Assembly: GCA_038893355.1 (NCBI GenBank)
Contig: JAWARQ010000013.1
Span: 1-14,440, forward strand
From: Sulfolobaceae archaeon
GTDB taxonomy: Archaea; Thermoproteota; Thermoprotei_A; Sulfolobales; Sulfolobaceae
Length of the DNA stretch: 14,440 bases
Direction of reading: 5' to 3'
Below the pieces are notes generated by a model. It saw only the letters and a list, made by a program, of their open reading frames with translations. It did no database searches and was not told the origin of the DNA. Position 1 is the first letter of the stretch, and every line of letters begins with the position of its first letter. The position numbers and the translations under genes were made by a program. This document shows positions 1 to 7,907 of the stretch, piece after piece.

Positions 1-26
1 CTGATCGCTTTAACCCTCCTAGCCAT
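1..26 (-). CDS. tnpB: 5' end of an IS200/IS605-family TnpB (ISC1316-like), truncated by the window edge
   Basis: The reverse strand from 26 reads ATG GCT AGG AGG GTT AAA GCG ATC AG = MARRVKAIR, which I recognise as the N-terminus of Sulfolobales TnpB. A TTTAAATA box lies about 24 nt upstream and an IS605-type hairpin follows. Confidence 0.75.
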
Positions 27-127
27 TAGGAGAAAATTAAAAGAGCTAATATTTAAACTTTATAAGGGGGCTATCCATCCCCGCCTCAGAGAGGCGAGGC
101 TTTCCGCCCCCTTAACCCCCATTTTTT
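1..127 (-). mobile_element. Left end of an IS200/IS605-family (tnpB-only) element
   Basis: GC-rich nested hairpin in AT-rich DNA: TAAGGGGGC (63-71) pairs with GCCCCCTTA (106-114), and CGCCTC (82-87) pairs with GAGGCG (91-96). No tnpA lies between the end and tnpB. TTTAC on the minus strand at 128-132 is a candidate target motif, so the boundary is approximate. Confidence 0.7.
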
Positions 128-216
128 GTAAAATATACTACTATTTTTTTCCGATAAGTAGGAAATAATTCGACTAAGGACTTTTTAAGAGTGTGTATAA
201 AGTACTAATACTAACC

Positions 217-1170
217 TCAAATAAATATATTTCCTTCCATTACAATTTTCACATTCCTTTCTACGCTAACCTCTAGATAATTTTCCTTACTATTTACTTC
301 AAATTTCATAACACCTAGTGGATGGGCTAATCTTAAATACTTGACCGGCCTGGCTAGGAAGTTTGTTAATGAATTTGGTATTAAAGAGGAAAATCCGAGG
401 CCTATTCCACTAGCTATAGATAAGGTTTCATTAAATCTTCTTAAGTTGTACTCCCTTACCGATAGGTCAAACTCAATGGATCTTATCTCCCTTCTGTCTA
501 AAGTAAGGTAATCCCTAGGATTTGCTATCGTAACTATTATAGGTTCTCTATTACCAATGATCTTCTTTAACTTTAATACCATATCATCAAATAACTTTTC
601 TATTTCACCTAGCTCCTCATCCGGCATTTCATATCCTTCCATTTCTAAATCTCTAGCCCTAACAATTACTATAGGCTTCAAACTATTTACTATACTTACC
701 CTAACATATCTTCCCCTAACTAATATATCATCAATTGGCTTTTTCGTTATAAGTACCTTTTCTATGCTCTCCGTCCAAGTTTCAATTACCCTTTCCCCCT
801 CAAATTTTAATAGGGTACTAATACCACTCTGCTTATGTTTAACTACGAGTTGATTAGTTTTTATCAGTCCCTCCTTAATCGCGAAAACTCCCACAGAAGC
901 TGTTAGGTTTCCGTCATACTCATCCCAATAGACCTTTCCATTAACGACCTTCGCTACTTCATACTCTACAATATCATCTTCTACCCAAATAAACACTACA
1001 TTGTTAGAATGCGGAGTACATCCGCCTATCCCATCTAGCCTTAAGTAAGTTTTTCCTATTATCTCCTTAACTATATCCTCCCTCCTCTTTTCATAATCTT
1101 TTACACTCTCACGATTAATGAAAACACCTCTTGCATCATCCTCACTTATTATTAAAGCTCTTATACTCAT
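217..1170 (-). CDS. PrpF/AcnD-accessory (diaminopimelate epimerase-like fold) family protein with a degenerate active site
   Basis: Motifs RLDGIGG, GNLTASVGVFAIKEGLI, VSIVNSLKPIVIVRARDL and LAHPLG align with PrpF family motifs. TATA-like TTTATAG at about 1200-1206 on the minus strand. Confidence 0.75.
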   Translation of the reverse strand: MSIRALIISEDDARGVFINRESVKDYEKRREDIVKEIIGKTYLRLDGIGGCTPHSNNVVFIWVEDDIVEYEVAKVVNGKVYWDEYDGNLTASVGVFAIKEGLIKTNQLVVKHKQSGISTLLKFEGERVIETWTESIEKVLITKKPIDDILVRGRYVRVSIVNSLKPIVIVRARDLEMEGYEMPDEELGEIEKLFDDMVLKLKKIIGNREPIIVTIANPRDYLTLDRREIRSIEFDLSVREYNLRRFNETLSIASGIGLGFSSLIPNSLTNFLARPVKYLRLAHPLGVMKFEVNSKENYLEVSVERNVKIVMEGNIFI

Positions 1171-1521
1171 TTTCCTTTCTAATCCTTCTTAAGGAACTTC
1201 TATAAACTTTTTGATCATTGGTCTATATATTTTATATAGCTTGTTTTGATGTAGACATATCTTTTTTATTAATGTTTATTTTGAATATGAGATAAATACA
1301 TAAGAAATTATATAATAATACTGGAATTCTATCAGAATTCATACCAAACTCTAAAATTTTTTACCTATAAATTTATTAGCTCGAATTTTAGATATCGTAA
1401 AATAGTAATTTTCTCTAAATAGTTATTTATGTTCTAAAAAGTTTATACCTTTCTATTTAAATTTAAATATTGAGGGATAAGCTTTAAATATTGGACGCAG
1501 AGAGTTGATATTAGAATAGAA

Positions 1522-1674
1522 ATGTTAGAAAAGAGTGAGAAGAAAATTAAAGCTGAGAAAAAGGATAATGTCGGGTTAATACTAGAGGAATTACCAGAGG
1601 AATACTTAATGATCGAGTACCCTAATGAGTGGAGGTCTTTATCGAAATTAAGGCCTAAATTAATATTATATTAA
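1522..1674 (+). CDS. Small hypothetical protein, 50 aa (MLEKSEKKIKAEKKDNVGLILEELPEEYLMIEYPNEWRSLSKLRPKLILY)
   Basis: Hand-translated open frame with purine-rich, coding-like composition. TTTAAATA box at 1483-1490. The stop converges 7 nt from the neighbouring gene's stop. Confidence 0.5.
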   Translation: MLEKSEKKIKAEKKDNVGLILEELPEEYLMIEYPNEWRSLSKLRPKLILY

Positions 1675-1681
1675 CTCATTT

Positions 1682-2428
1682 TTATTCCTTTTTTCCATTA
1701 AATGAGCACTCTAAAATTTTGCACTTATGATTCAATTTATATCCGACATACTTGCACTTCACTGCAATAAGTTCCTTACCCTTAGGAGATTCTAAGATTA
1801 CCCCCTCACAACCATTAGAACTAATTACTGGGAATGTCTTTAGGTAGATTTTAGCTATAATATCTTGAATTTCTTCTGACCTCTTAAGTTCCTCCGGCAA
1901 TATCATTATTACTGACATTAATTGATTATAACATATTAGAAGGGGGGAGATGCTTCTAGATTGAAGGTACTTTAAGACAAAATCTAATAGCCTCTTTACA
2001 TCCTCGCTACTTAATTGCCATATATTACTCAATTTACCTATAGCCTTCTCTTTAACTCTTGGGTCGTTATGATAGTAGTAAAGGATTACTAATCCCTTAG
2101 GCGATATTGTAAAATATTTACCAGCTCTATATAATAGAGCCATATTCTCCATTTTCTTTAACATTCTCCATAACGTAGTTACCGGGATATCCACTATTCT
2201 GTAAGCTGAATATACTGTAAATTCTTGCAAATCAATAATTTTTTCTAAAATTTGCAAATATTTTCTATCTAATTTTAGCAATATGAAAGCTGTAGACACT
2301 GGAGGATAAATCTCATCAGAAAAGCTTCCAAAAACTATCACACGTTTTACTTTTAATATCACTAACAATATTGCTATAGCTACTATTAAGAGAATTATTA
2401 ACTCTGAGGGTCCCCTCAGTCGATTCAT
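1682..2428 (-). CDS. Hypothetical winged-helix domain protein with an N-terminal hydrophobic segment
   Basis: 248-aa ORF. The stretch YLQILEKI..FTVYSAYRIVDIPVTTLWRMLKKMENMALL..FTISPKG fits a wHTH pattern. The N-terminal LIILLIVAIAILLVIL is hydrophobic. Start codon uncertain. Confidence 0.7.
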   Translation of the reverse strand: MNRLRGPSELIILLIVAIAILLVILKVKRVIVFGSFSDEIYPPVSTAFILLKLDRKYLQILEKIIDLQEFTVYSAYRIVDIPVTTLWRMLKKMENMALLYRAGKYFTISPKGLVILYYYHNDPRVKEKAIGKLSNIWQLSSEDVKRLLDFVLKYLQSRSISPLLICYNQLMSVIMILPEELKRSEEIQDIIAKIYLKTFPVISSNGCEGVILESPKGKELIAVKCKYVGYKLNHKCKILECSFNGKKE

Positions 2429-2802
2429 AATATAAAACTATTTTGAAAGCTTTTATCCTTTATCTTTTTTCATTAATAATAACATCCTTCACCTCCCGTT
2501 TTTCATGTTCATGCATTACAGAGCCGGGTAATGTTAAAGTGGAATGTGCTTTGAATTCAATAAATTTCTTTCCCTCTCAATTATTTTATGATAAGGAGGA
2601 GAAGGGTTAGAAGTATTATGTTAGTAATGGAAAAAAGAGATATATTATGAATTAGTACTTATAGGAAAATCGTTAAATTTTTACATTACGTTAAAAACGT
2701 GTAAGAAAAATACCTTCTTAATAACTGAAGGTTTTTCTATTTAATAAGTGATAAAAAATAATAAGGGAGTAAATCCAAAGTATTTATTATTTCGGGTAAA
2801 TA

Positions 2803-2931
2803 GATAGTGTCACCACTAAGCTAAAAAATCCCTTTTGCGCTATAACATTTCATGAAAAATTACATTTTACACTTCTACTCTATAAAGAGAATTTTTCATA
2901 CAATAATTTGTAGCTTAATGGCGACACTATC
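2803..2931. mobile_element. MITE, 129 bp (size and ends resemble the Sulfolobus SM3 / ISC1058-linked type)
   Basis: Terminal inverted repeats GATAGTGTCACCACTAAGCTAAAAA and reverse-complement GATAGTGTCGCCATTAAGCTACAAA match at 22/25. The interior is AT-rich and non-coding. There is no clean target duplication. The family name is from recall. Confidence 0.8.
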
Positions 2932-3127
2932 GCAAACATTACAATTTTTTATATAAAGAAATTTCTTAAACTAATATATGAATTTAAAAATATCCATGCT
3001 AGTCAATAAGTTTTTAGCCTTTTGGGAAGTAGATCAAGTTTAGTCAAATTTCCCTTTAATAATAATGTTTCTATCGTAACTTGTAACGTTTTGGAGTATA
3101 TTAATAAGTATAAGGAAATATATACTG

Positions 3128-3769
3128 ATGAACGCTAGGGAGTTAATAAAGGAAATTAGGGATGAAGTAAAGGACTTAAATGAAAAGATCTTAAATCACA
3201 AATTCGTTAAAGATATTATGAAAGGGAATATTAATTTAAATAAGATAAAATATTTTTTAGTTCAACAATATTATATAGCAAGAAATGATGCAAGGGCTTT
3301 AGCTATAATGTACTCTAGGGCAGATTACCCTGATAATGAATTCTTTTTTAAGCTCCTATTGGGTCATCAAAACGCTCTAAAGGCTTTAAACGACGACCTA
3401 AAAAGTTTTAATATAAATTTTGACAATGTAGTATACTCTTTAAACTATAGGGCAATCTCATATACTCATTTTCTCCAAAACCTTGCATATTACGGTAGCT
3501 TAGAGGAACAAATAGTCGCAATTTTAATCAACTTCCCAATATTCGTTATTAATATAAATAATATTGGTAATGTTTTAAAGGAGAGAGGCATTGAAGTAAA
3601 GTTCTTCTTAGGTGCGAAGTGGGAGGAGGATTTAGAGGATCTAGGCCTTAAAATTTTAGATAAAAATCTTGATATAGATAAGGAAAAACTTAAGAGGCTA
3701 AAAAATGTCGCAAGGCTTATTCAAGAATATGAGTTAGAGTATTGGAATTCTGTATATGATATTCAATAA
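3128..3769 (+). CDS. tenA: TenA/THI-4/PqqC-family protein (Cys-less TenA_E type)
   Basis: Motifs ILNHKFV, YFLVQQYYI, AISYTHFL and EYELEYWN. The protein has no cysteine. TTAATAAG box at 3101-3108. Confidence 0.85.
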   Translation: MNARELIKEIRDEVKDLNEKILNHKFVKDIMKGNINLNKIKYFLVQQYYIARNDARALAIMYSRADYPDNEFFFKLLLGHQNALKALNDDLKSFNINFDNVVYSLNYRAISYTHFLQNLAYYGSLEEQIVAILINFPIFVININNIGNVLKERGIEVKFFLGAKWEEDLEDLGLKILDKNLDIDKEKLKRLKNVARLIQEYELEYWNSVYDIQ

Positions 3770-3785
3770 AAAATGCATGCAATTA

Positions 3786-4127
3786 TTACCTTCTAGTTAA
3801 CGCCAAAATTCCTGAAACGAGTAATAAAACAAAGGATATACCATAAAATCCGAAAAGGATTATTAGCGAAGACAACGAGGCTAATATCAACAAAATTCCT
3901 GCTGCTATCTTATCACTAATAAACGAGCCTACTAATCCCAATATGATTGGAACTACTGAGACTATTATATAATACGTAGGGTGAATTTGTAGCATGTAAT
4001 ATCCCATATGCATTTGCATATAGCCCATTGGCATGAGAAGCCAGTAATGTGGGATAAATAATAACAGTAATACTCCTATTATTAATAATGCAGAGCCTAT
4101 GATTCCTAGTATCTGATAACTTTCCAT
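3786..4127 (-). CDS. Small multi-pass membrane protein with a Met/His-rich loop
   Basis: 113 aa with about four hydrophobic segments and the loop HYWLLMPMGYMQMHMGYYMLQIH. A TTTATAT box at 4151-4157 on the minus strand supports this start. Confidence 0.75.
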   Translation of the reverse strand: MESYQILGIIGSALLIIGVLLLLFIPHYWLLMPMGYMQMHMGYYMLQIHPTYYIIVSVVPIILGLVGSFISDKIAAGILLILASLSSLIILFGFYGISFVLLLVSGILALTRR

Positions 4128-4363
4128 AGACTATAATATATCTTCCCATGATATAAAGCTTATCGAAAATTTTGTATTAATTTATAAAAGATTTTAAATA
4201 TAATATATTAAATAAATTATTTAAAAATTAAAGATTTATAGTATTTATATAAAAATTTAATGAAAACAAAACACCCTTGCTCTTCTAGTGCGGTAGACGT
4301 TAGATAACAGTATAAAAGTTCCCTCCAATCCAGTGAAGCATAATTTCGTAAGCACTTTTAGTT

Positions 4364-4422
4364 CTGTCAACTATTATTTGACAGATTTACGTAAAACTGT
4401 CAACTATTATTTGACAGATTTA
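4364..4422. repeat. Two identical 26-bp direct repeats (33-bp period), each containing a 7-7-7 palindrome; probable operator
   Basis: CTGTCAACTATTATTTGACAGATTTA at 4364-4389 and 4397-4422, with core CTGTCAA-N7-TTGACAG. Confidence 0.9.
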
Positions 4423-4426
4423 TAAG
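4419..4426 (+). promoter_or_regulatory. TATA box of the ATPase gene
   Basis: TTTATAAG ends 22 nt before the GTG start at 4448 and overlaps the second repeat copy. Confidence 0.65.
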
Positions 4427-4447
4427 CTTCATAATAACTTATAGTTT

Positions 4448-5704
4448 GTGGATGTTGAAGAAATAAAAAGGATAATTCTTGATCAAGAAGATTTACTGAG
4501 GGAAAAGTTGGCGAAAGAGAAGATCATTAAGAGAGAAGTAAGTTACGATGTAAGTAAGGCAAATGCTTACCTAATTACTGGACCGAGAAGAGCAGGAAAG
4601 TCCATTTTTGCTGTACAGTTAAGTATAGGTAAAAACTATGCTAGGGTTGATTTTGATGACGAGAGATTAGCTGGAATAAAACTAAATGACCTTAACAGAG
4701 TTTTAGAAGCGATTTATCAGTTAAAGGGAAACGTAGAACTACTGATTTTCGACGAAATACAGAACGTAGAAGGATGGGAGTTATTCGTATCAAGGCTAAG
4801 AGATGTAATGCCAATAATCATTACGGGTAGTAATGCTAGATTAATGAGTTCAGAGATGGCAACGTACTTAACTGGAAGGCATCTCGACTTTATCCTTTTT
4901 CCATTTTCTTTTAGAGAGTTCCTCAGGTATCGAGGAATTGAGGCGACAGAAACTACTAAGGGCATAGGACTGATAAAAGCCAATCTGCAAGATTATCTTA
5001 ATGTAGGTAGTTTCCCAGAAGGCTATAAGTTAAACCATAAGCTATATTTACGCACTTTATTTAACGATGTGATAACTAGAGATGTAATGCTGAGGTGTAA
5101 GATTAGGAAAAACGTAAAAGAAATTGCCAATTTCTTAGCTGAAAATATTGGAAGGGAGGTTTCTACGAGGAGGTTAGGGAGCGCTTTTTCTATCTCTCAT
5201 CAAACAGCTAACAACTATATATCATGCCTAGAGAACTCATATTTCTTCATATTTTTGAAGAGATTTACAGGGAAGGCTCTGGAGAAATACACGCTACCTA
5301 GGAAGGTGTATTTAATAGACCCTGCAATACATTCAGTAATTGTAGGAAGTGAAAATATAAGTAGGAAAATGGAGAACGCGGTTTTAATAGAGTTACTCAG
5401 AGTCAAATACTACAATTCTTTATCATATAACGTTTATTATTATAGGAATGGTGAGGCTGAAGTTGATTTTATAATTGATGGCGAGATTAAAGAAGCTATT
5501 CAAGTAACTTATGAAATCGAAGGTCTAAGGGATAGGGAATTAAGGTCTCTGGAGAAGTTCTCCGAGAAATTTAGAGGTTTTAATCTAAAACTTATAACAT
5601 GGGATACAGAAGGTGAGGAGATATTGAAAAACGGTAAAAAAGTGAAAGTAATACCTTTGTGGAGATTTATGTTAAAGAGTAGGGAAGTGTTAAAGATAAA
5701 TTAA
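4448..5704 (+). CDS. AAA_14 ATPase with a C-terminal DUF4143 domain (COG1373-type)
   Basis: Walker A GPRRAGKS, Walker B LLIFDEIQ, family motifs IIITGSN, LTGR, PFSFREF, GSFP, KVYLID and MENAV, a central wHTH, and a C-terminal PD-(D/E)xK-like EVDFII..AIQVT. Confidence 0.92.
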   Translation: MDVEEIKRIILDQEDLLREKLAKEKIIKREVSYDVSKANAYLITGPRRAGKSIFAVQLSIGKNYARVDFDDERLAGIKLNDLNRVLEAIYQLKGNVELLIFDEIQNVEGWELFVSRLRDVMPIIITGSNARLMSSEMATYLTGRHLDFILFPFSFREFLRYRGIEATETTKGIGLIKANLQDYLNVGSFPEGYKLNHKLYLRTLFNDVITRDVMLRCKIRKNVKEIANFLAENIGREVSTRRLGSAFSISHQTANNYISCLENSYFFIFLKRFTGKALEKYTLPRKVYLIDPAIHSVIVGSENISRKMENAVLIELLRVKYYNSLSYNVYYYRNGEAEVDFIIDGEIKEAIQVTYEIEGLRDRELRSLEKFSEKFRGFNLKLITWDTEGEEILKNGKKVKVIPLWRFMLKSREVLKIN

Positions 5705-5957
5705 AAATTTTTCCTAAATTGGGAGAATCACGCATTAACTGACGTTACTCATTACAATGTAGTTTATGCGGGTATTACTTACAAAATTTACTCTTAATGT
5801 AAATGAGATATATAGATTATTTTCATAGTGCCCGCACTGAACTATTTATTTTCTCCCAAAGGTATGGGATATCTTATTTAATGTATATATTCTCTGCAAA
5901 GATATAATAATTTAACAAATTAGTAGCTAAATCTCAGCATTGTAACGACATTAAGAT

Positions 5958-6354
5958 TTAAAGATACTGATCAGTTCTAACGTGTATATCTATGTCCTCT
6001 TTTTAGACCCTTCTTATGATAAAAGGGGCAAAAAGAGGTATTAAAGGCTGTAGAAGGAAAAGATCTATTCTTCAATTCTCATAATTTCCCAGATTTTAGC
6101 ACATTTAGAAAGGAGTGAAAAGATTGAAGTAATTCCAAGTTTTATTAATTATCTCCAGCAGTCAGGAATAAAAAGTTATGGATATGACGTAAGAAGATAT
6201 TATTAACGTTATAAAGCTTTTTAATGAGTTAAAACTAAGTTATAAACTTTGAGGTGATACAATAATATTTTCTCAAATGAAAAGATTAGGAATAAATATG
6301 ATTTATTTTGACGATATAGGTTTTGATTTACTTCATGTAAAGAGAGAATTCTGA
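5958..6354 (+). pseudogene. vapC: Decayed PIN-domain (VapC) toxin gene
   Basis: Joining frames by hand gives LKILISSNVYIYVLFLDPSYDKR/EVLKAVEGKDL/SSILIISQILAHLERSEKIEVIPSFINYLQQSGIK/VMDMT*EDIINVIKLFNELKLSYKL*GDTIIFSQMKRLGINMIYFDDIGFDLLHVKREF*. This is a full-length PIN layout with several frameshifts and two internal stops. Confidence 0.8.
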
Positions 6355-6586
6355 CTAATATTGCCCTATCAAAAGAGTTCTCATGTAGTAAAAGTATAAT
6401 CATTATGTTACAAATTTGGCTTTAGTAAATTATACTCATAATTTAAGTTAAAATTCATAATCTATTTAAGGTTTTTCCCGTAATGTAATAATTAAAATAT
6501 ATATGTGAAAGACACTGATCATATGAAAGTTTCAGATAATTGGAAAAAGATTAAGGGTAAAAATAAATTATATTTAAATTTAAAAA

Positions 6587-7903
6587 TTATTCTATTTTTT
6601 TAGTTGCAGTGTCGCTTTTAGCTAACGTTACCGAAACAGCACTAATAATTCCATAAATGATACTTACCAGTGCTAAATAAGGCCAAGCAATTAAATAGTT
6701 GCCTCGAAACGTCTGCAATATGCTTGACATAATTATGGGAGCAAGACCTCCAGATAGGGGAGTTGCTAGATTTATCGCAAAAGCTGTAGCAGTGTATCTA
6801 TACTGAGTAGGCATCCATTCTGCATAAAAAGTTGGCATTACCGACCAGCCAAATAACTCGATGAAGTAATAACCTACAACTGCAAAGGTTACTAGAATAG
6901 GATCTTTTGAATTTAGAAGTATATAAAATGGAATACTGAATAAAATGACTCCAATTGGACTTATTATCATAATTTTCCTCCTACTTCTTATGAGATCACT
7001 TAAAAATGAGGCAAGCATTGTGCCAAAAATAGTTGCAATAGCTCCTAAAATTACAGTCTGTACTGCAAAAATTTCACTAAATCCTAGAAATTTAGTTATA
7101 TAGCTTTGACTAAAAGAAATAACAATATAAAATCCTGCACTAGCTTCAAGGAAAATACCCGTCATTATTAAGACTCTTTTCCAATCACGCTTCATCATTT
7201 CAATAAATGGAACCCTTAAAACCTGTCTTGCACTTAGTAATTTGATAAAGAGAGGGGTTTCAGCTATTTTATATCTTATAATAGCTGCTATGATGGCTAC
7301 AAGGAATCCTAAATAAAACACTATTCTCCATCCAAATTCAAAGAAATCTTGACGGGGCATTAAACTTAATAATGCGTAAAAAGCTGCATTTGCTAAAATT
7401 ACTCCAAACTGTAGTCCTTGCTGGATCCAACTAACCCAGAACGCTCTATATCTTTTATTTACAACAAATTCTGTAGCCATTGTAGCTGCACCGCCCCATT
7501 CGCCACCTACTCCTAGTCCTTGAACTAGTCTAAATATTGTAAGTAATGTTGGAGCTAAAATTCCTATTTGAGTATATGATGGAGTTAGCCCTATTCCTAA
7601 ACTACCTAAACCCATTGTCAGTAAGGTCCATACTAATGAAGTTTTTCTACCTAACTTATCACCAAAATGACCAAATAAGATAGAGCCTATTGGTCTAGCT
7701 ACAAATCCAAGTCCAAATACTGTAAAAGATAAAAGTAATGCAGAAGCTGGATCTGAAGAAGGAAAAAATACTTTGGGCCATACTATCGCAGCAGCTGTTG
7801 AGGCAATAATAAAATCATACCATTCGAGTGTTGTACCTATATTTAATATTGCAATAATTTTAATCAATTCTCTTCTAGAAAGTTCGTCCACATTTTTCAC
7901 CAA
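6587..7903 (-). CDS. MFS transporter, metabolite:H+ symporter (ShiA/ProP-like) family
   Basis: Motifs GTTLEWYDF, GFVARPIG, FGHFGDKLGRK, RLVQGLGVGGEWGGA, GWRIVF and ETP, with about 12 hydrophobic segments. Confidence 0.93.
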   Translation of the reverse strand: MVKNVDELSRRELIKIIAILNIGTTLEWYDFIIASTAAAIVWPKVFFPSSDPASALLLSFTVFGLGFVARPIGSILFGHFGDKLGRKTSLVWTLLTMGLGSLGIGLTPSYTQIGILAPTLLTIFRLVQGLGVGGEWGGAATMATEFVVNKRYRAFWVSWIQQGLQFGVILANAAFYALLSLMPRQDFFEFGWRIVFYLGFLVAIIAAIIRYKIAETPLFIKLLSARQVLRVPFIEMMKRDWKRVLIMTGIFLEASAGFYIVISFSQSYITKFLGFSEIFAVQTVILGAIATIFGTMLASFLSDLIRSRRKIMIISPIGVILFSIPFYILLNSKDPILVTFAVVGYYFIELFGWSVMPTFYAEWMPTQYRYTATAFAINLATPLSGGLAPIIMSSILQTFRGNYLIAWPYLALVSIIYGIISAVSVTLAKSDTATKKIE

Positions 7904-7907
7904 ATTT

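Noticed and set aside
557-853. 98-aa plus-strand ORF
   Set aside because: Antisense shadow of the PrpF-like gene, with Ser/Ile/Phe-rich composition.
2460-2578. Minus-strand frame of about 38 aa (GKKFIEFKAH...EKR) with a GGAGGTG word
   Set aside because: No convincing start or recognisable family. At best a gene remnant.
3916-4149. 77-aa minus-strand ORF
   Set aside because: Out-of-frame overlap with the membrane protein gene, whose start fits the TATA spacing.
4364-4422. Mini-CRISPR interpretation of the 26-bp repeats
   Set aside because: The spacer is only 7 bp, there are only two units, and there are no cas genes or typical repeat end.
4717-5406. Minus-strand ORFs of 88 and 63 aa
   Set aside because: Antisense to the well-supported ATPase.
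6221-6403. 60-aa minus-strand ORF
   Set aside because: Antisense to the vapC pseudogene, with no motif.
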